Positions 25,395 to 36,758 of a stretch of DNA of 64,000 nucleotides are shown piece by piece (within the stretch, counting starts at the first letter, position 1; each line of letters begins with the position of its first letter). A program made the position numbers and the translations under genes. Source of the stretch: Tubiluchus corallicola. Taxonomy: Eukaryota; Animalia; Priapulida. The notes beneath the pieces were generated by a model that was not told where the DNA came from, ran no database searches, and worked only from the letters and a program-made list of their open reading frames with translations. Where the stretch lies: positions 186,001 through 250,000 of the forward strand of contig JAQGDQ010000010.1 of NCBI GenBank assembly GCA_030141605.1, given 5' to 3'.

Positions 25395-26595
25395 CTTATT
25401 ATTTATAGTAATATTTTTACTGTAACTTTTATTGTAGTATTTTATTTGAGTGTGATATAATGCTTTTATGTTTTTTTGCATGGCTTTTATGCTGAAATAA
25501 AGTGATCTAATTTAATCTATACGAAAATGGTAGAATGAACAATGGACGCAATTTCAAAACCACATTTCACAAGACCATACACAATCTAGTGAAGTTACAA
25601 GCCTACAAACTGAATTTGAATTTGAACATAACATAGCACGACGTAATGCAGCGCAATACAGCCAAGCACAGCTTAGCAGTTCATCACAGCATAGCATGAA
25701 ACACATCATAACGCAGCACACAGTTCATGAATCACATCATGTATAAATTGTCAATGCCACTTCACAGTAGAAGACAATGCTATATACAATAAATACAGTA
25801 AATGCAATACAGACGCAACAATGTCAACTGATCAGATTACTCATAAAGCACAGTACAGTAAAGCAGAAACAGGACAGGACAGTTAAAATCGCTTTCGTCT
25901 GGACGTAAAATGCATCTCTTATACAGGCCGCTAATGTTGCTCAGCTAAAGTGAATCTCGGTAGTCGATTGAGAAACCACGAAGAATGTAGGCGATCTATT
26001 TTCACCACGTATGCGTACATTCATTGTACCCTCTGGTTGTGCAAGACGTTGCGAACTTGCGACACAGGAAGACAGATTGATCGCGTTTGTTGTAGGTCAC
26101 TTAATGGACACACTGTGTCAATTTTTATTTTATTGATTTAGCATTGCAGCCTGGAATGTAACGCACACAAATCGTTACTTTTGTTAAGTTTTACGATAGT
26201 GTAACTTAGTTAATTGGCTATAAAGAAGTCTGTAAAACTTTTTGGTTAGTTGCATTTCATTGTGAAGGAGCTCTGCATGCAAATTGTGGATGAAGCTTTG
26301 TTAAAAGGTAAACCAAATTTACTGTACGAAATTGACAAAATATCACATTACGTGTGTTTTTTTAATAAGATACACCGATAAGAAACCAAACAGGCGTTGA
26401 TGCATTTACGAAGGTTCAACTGTGCATAATAATTTGAATAGACCTTGTATACCTGCTAGAGTGTAAATGTGAGATCTGCTGAGTCTAAATTATACTCAAT
26501 TATTATCTACGATCACGGTTTGAAATGTTCAATAAGGTTAGAAGTAGAGCCATATTCGCATTTTGCAGTGTAGTCAAATAACTGAAAGTGTAATT

Positions 26596-26597
<2 letters not shown>

Positions 26598-26665
<68 letters not shown>
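26598..26665. repeat. (AAT)n microsatellite
   Basis: Read directly. Confidence 0.95.
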
Positions 26666-26666
<1 letters not shown>

Positions 26667-27449
26667 CATTAATTTTATCTTTGATGATAAAATTGATTAT
26701 ACGTCATCAAGGGTTTCTTAATTCCCTTAAAGTTGTAATTGAAATTTTGCAAAAATCTCCTATATAAAGTTCTTACCTACTGAAATTAATCCTTGCTTTC
26801 CCTGATTGCATTTTATTATTCCTGCATGCTTTGCTAAATTAATTTCTGTCGGCAAGGGCGACTTTAATTATGTTTGCTTGATGCCTTAGCAAAAAATATG
26901 CTAGATTTATCTATAAACAGCTTGTTTACCCACTTTGCTAGCGGGAATGCGTTACTACTGTAATAAATTACCAGAAATAACATCCATCCATGGTTTCTTT
27001 TGAATTAATATAGTCAGATAAAACGTTATCTGTGCTCTTTTATGTACACAACGCTTTATTTTGATTCAACTCTATCATCATGGCATCTTCACGTTGACGT
27101 AGGGGATGTTGTTAAATCATTTGTTTACGAAAATCTATGAACACCACTGACACTTTCGCAGCAATATCTAGAAGATTAATTGCATAGGAAAAGCCAAGTG
27201 ACAAATGGTAGAACGAGGTTTCTAGAAGAAAAGTAGGGCTGTAAAACGTTGCTTTGTGCTGTTACGATGGCGTGATTGATAAATACGATAGGCAAAGTCA
27301 CAGACTGCAGTAAAAATAAACACGAGAAGCCAAGGAAAAAGGTGGTGATGATGACGACAGTGATTACAGTGATGACGATAATACAAATACCTGTTTGAAA
27401 AAATATGTTATGAAAAAACATAATATATATATTATTTTCTCAATGATTA

Positions 27450-27732
27450 TTGATTTTTATTTCAGAAGCTTTCACCCTGCCGAAATGTTGAAACAGTATG
27501 TACCAGTGTAACAAACAAGAACATTAAAAGCAAAAATAAGAGCTAAACATCATTGATTTGAAATATAATAAGTTAGAGAAACAACAAAAACGCCTGCATA
27601 AGAAGAAAAAATTTTCTACTTGTTTTTAATGTTCTTGTCTTACGTCGGTCATACTATTTTTATGATTTTATCTGTAATTTTTTCAGCTTGACGAGGCCCG
27701 GTATGGTGAAGGCTTCTGATATAAAAAATTGA
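27450..27732. mobile_element. Foldback MITE with imperfect inverted arms
   Basis: tttttatttcagaagctttcaccctgccg pairs with cggtatggtgaaggcttctgatataaaaa; cagtatg...acaagaacattaaaa pairs with tttttaatgttcttgt...catactat. Confidence 0.7.
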
Positions 27733-28187
27733 GGTTGTAAAGGGCATTACTTTTTTATGCTAAAGATGACAAGTCTCGAGAGATCTCTTTCATGTATGTA
27801 TATACGTGTGTGTGTGTGCGTGTGCGTGCGCGTGCGTGTGTGAAAGCGTGCGTGCGTGTGTGTATGCGTGTGTGTGATAGACTCTTTTCATAGACTGCTT
27901 GGCATCTCTCAGATTGGTAGCTCTCACTGGAGATGTAAAAAATTATTAGACTCTAATTTAGCATCGATGTTGAGCGGAAACACACTGTACACCTGATAAA
28001 CAAGAAGTTCTCATTTATTGTATCATTTTCTAACAAAATCTTGACTGCCATTATTGGACAGTTAGGGAATATATACCTGAAGGCTGACGTGACATGTTGT
28101 ATGGACGTGTATTTTTGTAATTTGCACTATTCATGAAATGCTTTTCTTTGTCTAACTTGAACGATGACTGATAAGTTTTCTTTTCAG

Positions 28188-28345
28188 GCCTCACAAATGC
28201 TGCCGATTACTTTGGACTTGATGAATTAAAGAAGACGTGTATTGGCTTCGTCAACTGTTGCATTAATGTAGACACAGCATGTGCCCTACTTGCATCAGCA
28301 GAGGAGTATATGCATTATAAGTCTACTAAATGCCTTGTCCAGAAG
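28188..28345 (+). CDS. gprs: gprs-like protein exon (BTB end / BACK start)
   Basis: ttttcag acceptor; (G)LTNAADYFGLDELKKTCIGFVNCCINVDTACALLASAEEYMHYKSTKCLVQK; AAG/gtaaaa donor. Confidence 0.93.
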
Positions 28346-28500
28346 GTAAAAACCGTATTTTAGATAATTGTGTTCCATTAGCAAGCCTGCCTTAGGAGAA
28401 GTGAAAGAAATTATGGATGAAAAGGGATTGTGCTGTTTGAGCTCATGCAGCAATTCACGAATGTGGAACAAAACTGTGAGCACAATTGGGATGGTCTGCT

Positions 28501-28704
28501 TAGTCAAACATCTTTATACCACCTACTTTGGGATGGTAAAAAAGTTAACATTATATAACTTTGGCAATTGGCATTATAACAAAGTGCATTAATACATATT
28601 TTTTATGTCAATGCAAATACAGATTTTTTGTTTTGCTAAAAATATGGTTGTTAAGCGAAGTTGGTATTATAAAGAGGTGCATTAATTATAACGAGGTTTA
28701 ATTG
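28501..28704. mobile_element. Tc1/mariner (pogo/Tigger-like) MITE remnant
   Basis: Left end agtcaaacatctttata and right end ttataacgaggtttaattg followed by TA fit CAGTCAAACCTCGTTATA-type TIRs. Confidence 0.5.
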
Positions 28705-29143
28705 TATTTATCATATTATTGTATTTTCAACGAACTTCATTTGTAAATTTTAATAAAATAAGCCTGCCAACTGTAAGCAAGTTTGTTGGATATCCAGTTC
28801 TATTTGCTTCTTTGCTATTTTATGTATCTGTCAAGAATAGTAATTAGTCTATCATTGGGTTAAGGTCAGCTATTGATATTAACCAAATTAAAGCTAATAT
28901 CACCAAACCTTTAATAATAGCTAATTAATTTGCAACGTGTCTGTATGTGACATAATTATAAGACTGAAAACAAACTGCCCAGATCAAAGTCTAGTTACAG
29001 AGAGTGCCACTATAATGACTTTCTGTAACTTTAAATTCATGGTCGTGGTCACAGTAGGATTTCAACGAGACATGGTTCTGTATCGCTCTCCTCTGAAGAC
29101 AATTCTTGTCACATTATTTCTAGTTAATGTTTTTTGTTCTTAG

Positions 29144-29647
29144 GTGCTCGAGTTTGTTGACACAAATGGAGACCACATTTTAAGTCTACCTGCATTTGCC
29201 TTACTTCCTCAGCATGTAGTTAAACTCGTGTTATCTCGTGAGGAACTGCAAGCCGATGAACTCACCAAATTCCATGCCGCTCTACTTTGGTGCCGAAAAC
29301 ACTGCGAGAAAAACACAGAAGTGAAAGTGAAAGACGTAATGTCAAACTTTTTAGAACAGATCGCATTCCACAAGATTCCCGCTGCGGTGCTCATGCGGGA
29401 GGTGCACCCCATAGGCGTCATTCCCGACTACATTGTGATGAATGCTCTTGCATATCAAGCAGATCCGGCTAGTATTGACCCTGCTGTGTTGTTACCTTCA
29501 GTGCGCACTAGAAGGAGCCACCTGACCACTCAACAGTCGGTGCAGTCCTTGTCGAGATTAAGAATTAATGACAATATGAGTCTTGGTGCAAGCAATTCGA
29601 CCATAAGCTCCACTACTTCTGATGAAAGTGGTGCACAAAGTCGATAG
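29144..29647 (+). CDS. gprs: gprs-like protein terminal exon (BACK domain plus short Ser-rich tail)
   Basis: ttcttag acceptor; VLEFVDTNGDHILSLPAFALLPQHVVKLVLSREELQADELTKF...HKIPAAVLMREVHP...MNALAYQADP...; TAG stop. Confidence 0.93.
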   Translation: MLEFVDTNGDHILSLPAFALLPQHVVKLVLSREELQADELTKFHAALLWCRKHCEKNTEVKVKDVMSNFLEQIAFHKIPAAVLMREVHPIGVIPDYIVMNALAYQADPASIDPAVLLPSVRTRRSHLTTQQSVQSLSRLRINDNMSLGASNSTISSTTSDESGAQSR

Positions 29648-29734
29648 CCAGCGTAATTATAACAATTATGATGTACTATGTCGTTAATACACGTACATAC
29701 TATAAAGTTACCTTGTGCCACCACCCTGACAACT

Positions 29735-30091
29735 TGTGACAAGTGAATGTCTCCCTGAAAACGTGTGACAGCTGACAATTTTCTTAAAAAGAAAGGACAA
29801 TTGATTATTTCTGTGGTCACTGTCACATTTTATGTTAGTAAATCTGTGAGAGCACCTCCCTGAATATAACTGTGACAAGTGGATGTTTCCCAATGTGTTA
29901 TCAAGCGAATGCCTTTCTGAAAGTGTAACGGGTGAAGTTTTCCCGAAGTGTATCATGTGAACATCCTTTTGAAAGTGAATTTTTCCCAAAGTGTAACAAG
30001 TGAATTTTTCCCAATGTGTAACAAGTGAGCCTTTCCCCGAAGTGTGACAAATAAATGTCTCCCTGATCGTCTGTGACAAATGAAAATCTCC
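29735..30091. repeat. Degenerate ~25-bp minisatellite in the probable 3' UTR
   Basis: Repeated gtgt(a/g)acaagtgaat(g/t)t(t/c)tccc units, e.g. gtgtaacaagtgaatttttcccaa at 29991. Confidence 0.8.
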
Positions 30092-30234
30092 TATAGTATT
30101 TATAATATATTATTACATATAAGTATTTTCTTACCCACTGATTGTTTTATTACTAAATAAATTGTTTGTACAATGATACCTATACAAATGACACGTTGGA
30201 GTCATGAATGTGCTAATATTGTTTTTTCCTGATG

Positions 30235-30240
30235 AATAAA
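30235..30240 (+). promoter_or_regulatory. Candidate polyadenylation signal of the gprs-like gene
   Basis: AATAAA ~590 nt after the stop with GT/T-rich sequence downstream; alternative AATAAA at 30156-30161. Confidence 0.4.
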
Positions 30241-32917
30241 TGCGATGTTTAATGGTGTAAATTATAGTGTGTGAAATTTTTATTACAGAAAATTATTCGA
30301 AGTTTGATCGCTCCAGCAAATAGACTACTGGTAAAGCCACTTAAGATAAAATAAGAATTGTTTATGGGTGTCAAGACTGAATTATTTCAATTGCACAATT
30401 TGGCAAACCAAAATTCAGCATTTATTGACAAGGCCTAGACAAAATGGATGCTACCGGTGAGACTGAAGCTCAACTCATTATCAGGATATAATCTTCTGTG
30501 ATTCATCCTTCATCAACAAGGTAAAAAGCCAGAGTAAAGCGTTGAACCCAGATGTCGTGCATGAGCCATTGACTGGCCTCAGCACACACACGCATGCACG
30601 CACGCACGCACGCAGGCAGGCAGGCAGGCAGGCACACACACAAGCTCTGCACACATGACAACTCGGCTGTTTTCTTGCCTCATTTGTGCCTTTCATTAAC
30701 AAAGTACTTCACACTTTGTTGGTGCATCTTTAAAAATAGCAATCATTACTAATTAATCACTAATAATAGGTATGCAGCAGACATTAGCCACGGTGCATTT
30801 AGTGCTTATACTTTTCACTGCATATTTTTTAGTGTCCACATTCTTTTATGTTTTTAGTTCTAGGGAGAGTTGCACCTCTTTTACTTAATTAACTAATTAC
30901 CACATGCAAGACAGGCTACTAAAACAAAAGCAAAATGCTGCAAATGAATTGAATAAAATTTAAATGTATTTACAAGACAAAATTAAATTCTCTAGTTCAC
31001 AATCATATTGAAGATAAACACAGTAAAAAATCTATGGTTTAGAGCATTTACTGCCAAAAACCAGCAGTAACATTGGCTTATATACAAACCTTCAATTATT
31101 TACAGGTCATCAAAAGCTGGAAAATTCTCACAATATTCCAATATAATGTAAATTGGGTTATAAATGGCGTCTGTGCTATGATTAATAAAAAAATTTGGTG
31201 TATGAACATTTAGTCAGGAAGTATGCCTATGCTTTATGCCTGTACATGTTTTATTATACAAAATCATTGTGTTAAGCTGTACTAATATGAAATGCTTACC
31301 ATATGTGTGACTTCTGTGAAAATAAATTTAAACAGATGACCATAGATATATATGGTACGTGCACATGCACAGACAGAGTGCTAGCCTACAAATTGAACAA
31401 TTCAAAAGCATTTTCAGGAGCTGTTTTTACCACACAATTGAATGTAGTTTTTCTGTTGTACAACATGGCACCCTTTTCTTCAACGCAAGAATGTATTAAG
31501 TAGCAAGAAATTGCGTCTTAACATAAGACTTAATATTTAAAGCATACGTCAGCAGCATATGTACAACAGTGAAACATGAGGTTTAACGATTGGCTCAACA
31601 AAAACAAATTGACACATTCCAAAGAAGTCTTCTAAGGAAAGTTTTAAAAATAGGATGGTCATACACAATCAGAAACGGAGACTAATACGCTAGAATGAAA
31701 AAATTCCTTAGAGTTCATAAGTCAAGTTCCAAAGATTAAGATGGTAAGGACACCTAAGATTGCCAAGTGAAACATCAGTAAGAATCGCCTTAAAACCTTG
31801 CAAAAACACATGGCTAACCAAAAACAACGTTGATAGCTAAGATAAATAAAGATGTTCAACAACTTCAACCAGATCAATCTTTAGGAATAAGAAGAACTTA
31901 CATTGTTAGCTGCAGATAGGAGTGGGTGGAATACTCAGATAAATGTTAATGCCTCAATGTCTGCCACAAATGGAATCAGACCTTTTTGAAGAATAAATCA
32001 GGCCATAGAATTTGTATTAGAACATGGCACTCAATGTGGTTTCACTTTTTTGCATGAGGCTTGCAATCTATTTGTCCACATGCATGGCATTTAAATCTAT
32101 GATGATGACTACTGTTTTTGCTTTAATGGTGAGATCACATGGCCACATTTACAACTTAGCCAATTTTACAGGTCAACACTCAACAGCAGATTTTGTGATA
32201 GACCTATAGGTCTTATTACTATTACTGATTTTATTACCTAATTAACATTTCTGTCCTAAATGATTAATATCATATCACAGTATCAGCACAATTACTATCA
32301 ATATAAATAAACCAAGAAAAACTTGGTTTAAGTCATTTATAATTCTTCAGGCTTGTCATATTAACAGCAACATGGGGTTGTTGCTAAACATTTTGTACAA
32401 AAGTTTAATTACAAATTTCAAATTAGACTAGAGTGAAGACTATTTACATTGTGCAATAACTAATAAGAAACAGCAGTTCAAATTAACTGCAGAACTGGAA
32501 TAATTGAAGCTGTAATAATTATGAGACAGTGCTACGACTGTTTTTCTCTCCAACAGGCGGCAGCACAATACAATGTTTGTCAGATTGACACCAGAGTTGC
32601 TAGAGTCCAGTCACAGGCTTTGCTAATTAATTTAATCATGCCACGAGTTAAGGCATTTATATTGGTTAAGTACCTTCTTTTAAACCTCTCTTTGAAACAA
32701 CAATGTGATTGTTTATAACAAAGGCAAGCCACTCAATATAAATAAACTTATATACCATACAGAAAAACCTTCAAATAAAGACAGAATTTAAAATAACAAT
32801 AACAAAAGCCATTTGCTGAAAATGTCACTGTAGATGTGCAGTTCATCGCACATCTTGGCATGGTCAACACGAAATATCACAATAATAGCATAACTTTCAT
32901 ACAACGCTTGATTTAGG

Positions 32918-33364
32918 CTATTGTAGCAAAGTATGCAATAACACCACGAAACACGCATATAAAGTCAAAGGCAATTTCCACAAGTGTCTGCTCGCACCAT
33001 TTAAATCTGTGTATATTGCATTATTAACAGACTTAGGTATGGTTGTACTCTGTACTCGAGGGTATGTAGTAGTCTCTGACAGTTTATTCTGTCCAGTGTC
33101 TTTCACAGCAGGTTCTCTGTGGTGCCTAAAAGGATCACGCACAACATCCTCTTTCATGAGAACTGAATCATCCCGCAGCTTTGTTTCTTTTTCAGTGGGT
33201 GATGCTGCGGTTTCCTCTTTTACGTCATCAAAAATCAACTCTTCCTCGTGTTCGGTTACAGTTTTCGTTGTAGGCTCTGTAGTTGCCACTGGATTACAAG
33301 GATCATAAGGAGGGGACAGTGGACGCCGAATCTCCGGGTAAAATTGTCGTACTTCGTTAGCTCC
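32918..33364 (-). CDS. MOXD1: MOXD1-like terminal exon: T/E/P-rich stalk plus hydrophobic C-terminus
   Basis: ttccag acceptor; GANEVRQFYPEIRRPLSPPYDPC...TTEPTTKTVTE...NGASRHLWKLPLTLYACFVVLLHTLLQ*. Confidence 0.85.
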   Translation of the reverse strand, partial: GANEVRQFYPEIRRPLSPPYDPCNPVATTEPTTKTVTEHEEELIFDDVKEETAASPTEKETKLRDDSVLMKEDVVRDPFRHHREPAVKDTGQNKLSETTTYPRVQSTTIPKSVNNAIYTDLNGASRHLWKLPLTLYACFVVLLHTLLQ

Positions 33365-33797
33365 CTGGAAACAAATTAACAAAGGCTAAAATTATAATGG
33401 TGCTGATGAGAAGATAAGGCTCTGTTTTGGCACAATTGTTCTTCAATCTCAGGTCTTTGCCCTCACTGTACCTGAACTTTGTGTGAATTTATTCTCAATC
33501 TAATACTTCAAAATTTAACTAAACAGTCAATTTAAATTAGTTTATTAAACTTTTTTCACAGTTTCAATTGCAAATGAATGTTCTTCAGCAAGACTTAGTG
33601 GAAACTAGCTCATGAAAATTAATAACTAAATTAATCTAGCAATAGATGGGGCTGCTAGCTGGGTCTTTGAGCCTGTATACTGAAACAGGTATGAATTGAA
33701 TATGCTGGCACGTAGATCAGTGAATACCAGTTCCAGCACAAATTATTTACAGCAAACATTTATAGTAATTTTAATATCGGTACACAATCATACTTAC

Positions 33798-33963
33798 AGC
33801 TACTTCGTTTCGGCCACGTGTCTCACACACATACCAGAACTCTCCGTACTTCGTGGCATGCTGAAATCTTTCGATCTTATTTTCATCTAACCAATTATAG
33901 TAATCAAAGTAGCCCCAGTAGGTGAGATTGTTACTAGGCGGTTTCTTTACCCAATTGCTATTT
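33798..33963 (-). CDS. MOXD1: MOXD1-like exon
   Basis: tgtag acceptor, phase 2; NSNWVKKPPSNNLTYWGYFDYYNWLD...WYVCETRGRNEVA; gtaagt donor. Confidence 0.85.
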
Positions 33964-34402
33964 CTACACAAGAACAATTAAGAATTACTGCATTTGACAG
34001 GTGTTTGCAAAATAACTAAGACCGCTAATTAATTTTAATGACCCATATGCATATCTTATTGCACAGTAGCAGTTTTCTAACGATTTGAGTAGCCCATCTT
34101 CATTGCCCCTTCAAAACCTAGAAACACAGTGATAGTAATCATCTAAATAATTGTTTATCATTTTTACGACGAACATTGTTGTTGAGCTACTCAAGACTCA
34201 GCTACTAAGTATCGATCTAGGACATGCTAATCATAATTTTAGTAGTGCTAAAAGAACAAGATAAAATCCAAAAACAAGAAACACAAAAAATCTCTTGACA
34301 AACTTCTTTAAGCACACATATTATAATACTTATTTGTGAGGAAAGAGCATTTTTTGTATAGTTCATTCACTGGTTAAGCCTACAATCTGTTCTTGAACTT
34401 AC

Positions 34403-34536
34403 GGCCAGAATTCCTCGATACCAACACCAGTAAAAATAGCGCTCTCTGTGGGGTTGCTCATGCAAGTTGTAAGAGGTATTCGTGGATAGTATATGAAGTA
34501 GTTCACACAGAGTTCATTTCTTGTTGAAAAACCACC
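34403..34536 (-). CDS. MOXD1: MOXD1-like exon carrying the CuM-Met position (here Leu)
   Basis: ttctag acceptor; GGFSTRNELCVNYFIYYPRIPLTTCMSNP...EEFW; gtaagt donor. Confidence 0.92.
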
Positions 34537-34683
34537 CTAGAAAAACCATAGCCACAGTAAGTTTATTAATATTCACTCATTATTATATTAATATGTATTA
34601 TAATAATTTTTTAAATTAAATCAATCATCAAGAAAATTGTTATGTACTCATTATATAAAAGTTGATACAGATGGACATCAAAA

Positions 34684-35409
34684 CAGTGTTATGCCATCCA
34701 GGTTTTTCAGGAAGTGTCAAGGACTCAGGGAGTTAGGGTTGTTGTCAGGATGCCAAACGCGTCCGAAAATTGTCAGGAAAAATCTGCGTTTTGCAATCGA
34801 TCTCATATTTTCGAAAATCCGCCCCAATTCACCCAATTCAAAATTTAATGCAGGTCAATGATCCTAAGTCTAAATAAATGTTAACCCAGTTAATTTTCCA
34901 GCAATAATTGTAAAGTAACATTTTTTTAGGTTTTTTAGTTTGTTTATAAATTTCGTTCCACGTGTAACTTGTCTGGCTTCTTTGTAAATATGTAACAGGT
35001 GAATTCAATACATGCAGCCCAGCTAGAATTCGTACATTGAGTTTTGTAAATCTTGGCTAAACCTAACTCTGTGGCTTAGAATGATTTCACACATGTGCTG
35101 CAATAAAATGATTAGCTACATTCTAACCACCTCAAAAAATCATTGAAAGCTGCTGCTGACATGTCAAAGTAATTATAGTTTCTAAGCATAAAATTTTCAT
35201 TTAATTGCGGTATGAAGTCCCAACACTAAATTGCAATATAGTACAAAAAGTTTTTTTTACAACCAGCAAACAAAACAGTTAATTAAGCATCAACACAGAA
35301 AAGTCTAGTAGTACCAGGGGCAATTGTTCAATTTTTTGTATTATTCTTAGACTACAAAGATTTGAATTTTATAACTTGCTGGCTCACCTACCCACCACAC
35401 ACAACACTG
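34684..35409. mobile_element. Possible hAT-like MITE
   Basis: Ends CAGTGTTATG and CACAACACTG (9/10 inverted match) with short subterminal tcagg repeats; no target-site duplication seen. Confidence 0.35.
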
Positions 35410-35808
35410 TGTGGCATTGCAGATGTAACAAACCCGTACCTGGGAATGTCCACATTTTCTGGATCAACACACAAACTAGCAAACCCGAGGATGTCAGGGA
35501 AAATCAATTTCACAAGGTGGTCTGGTCATCTTAATGTCATTATATAAAAAAATACATTGCTTTTGACAAATCAGCAGTTTCAACAATTATCGGCTGATTT
35601 ATTTATGTCAAAAAGCAGCAACTTCGCTATGAGCAGTGAACTTGGCCAAGTCCTGCTATAACATTATTAGCACAAGTTTGTTTAAGCATGCAAGACAGGG
35701 TCATAAGGAAGTTTTCCAACTACTGTGAGCTGAAATGATGATATTCTTTGATGTATGTTCATTACCATTTAATTTATTTAATATTAGATTTACGTCAATA
35801 ATTCTTAC

Positions 35809-35868
35809 ATAAGTAGGCTCTGTTCTCGTCCTTGAATCATAAGTACATTCCAAGACGATGTGGTCCCC
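35809..35868 (-). CDS. MOXD1: MOXD1-like exon
   Basis: ttccag acceptor; GDHIVLECTYDSRTRTEPTY; gtaaga donor. Confidence 0.92.
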
Positions 35869-36304
35869 CTGGAAAACAGCAATGACCAAATTACAATGAA
35901 TTATACATCACACGACCATCAGCAGAGCCGGATATGCAACATTATTGGGTTAAATGGCTATTGTATGTAGATGTAATTTAGACAATGTTTGTGAGTACCT
36001 CAGTCAAGCTTAGTGTTTATAGAACCCGTAATGAGCAACAGAAATGAAACTGTATAATAAAACAATAACTGCGACTGCTAAAAGACCAAAATGGCTTTGA
36101 TAGGGATCATAGTACCCTATTACATCATTTACTCGGAGTAAGGTCAACAAAATTACTGCAAAATAATGGCTGAGGGAGATTAATGGAATACCAGCAACAT
36201 TTTCAGTAAGACAAGTAAAAGGCACAATCGGTTTAAGAATGCAATGTGTATAAACCGCAAAAACATTAAGGAAATTTTTAATAAATGATGCAAAAGGATC
36301 TTAC

Positions 36305-36343
36305 CGGTTTCAGTTTAACTGGTTTTCTGTACAAGATAGCCTC
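36305..36343 (-). CDS. MOXD1: MOXD1-like 39-nt exon
   Basis: ctttcag acceptor; EAILYRKPVKLKP; gtaaga donor; bridges ...KYQ and GD... in phase 0. Confidence 0.85.
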
Positions 36344-36758
36344 CTGAAAGAAACAGAGATAATGACACAAAAAATTAATTTGCTTAGAGAAAAGTGTACG
36401 CGCTTAGGACTGGCACTAAAGATGCACAATAATGTATGACTATTGCACTTTCTTACTAATAGTTGCCATATTAATTCTCACTATAGGAGAAATTGAAATA
36501 TTGTGATGAATACACTACTTTTATTTTTTGCATGTTAGGGAAACAGCCACCAAACTATCATCTGGATGATTTTTTTTCACCTTATATATGCTAATAACTT
36601 TACAAGTATCTATTGGATTTTGAAAGCCAAGTGCCAAGTTGACACTGGGTCACACACAACTAAACAATCTAAGATTAATAATTAACTGGATACATGTTAA
36701 AAAACAGGCTTTCCAACAAGTTTACATTGCTACAGTCTACTTGCTTAATGGTTGATGG

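Larger units (their letters stand above)
15750..29647 (+). other. gprs: Gene span: BTB/POZ-BACK protein, serine-enriched protein (gprs) family; 5 exons found, 5' exon missing
   Basis: Exons 15750-15963, 18834-19056, 20726-20837, 28188-28345 and 29144-29647 splice in frame (phases 2,0,1,0) to ~402 aa. This matches the recalled fly Gprs N-terminal region FENKxGLAxDxKFLASMPELCDVTFLVG...QADP. Confidence 0.88.

Noticed and set aside
29735-30091. CRISPR-like array
   Set aside because: Units are contiguous and degenerate with no unique spacers; eukaryotic context with no cas genes.
33009-33308. Plus-strand 99-aa ORF (also 18840-19052, 29209-29421, 28295-28507)
   Set aside because: Antisense shadows of real exons.
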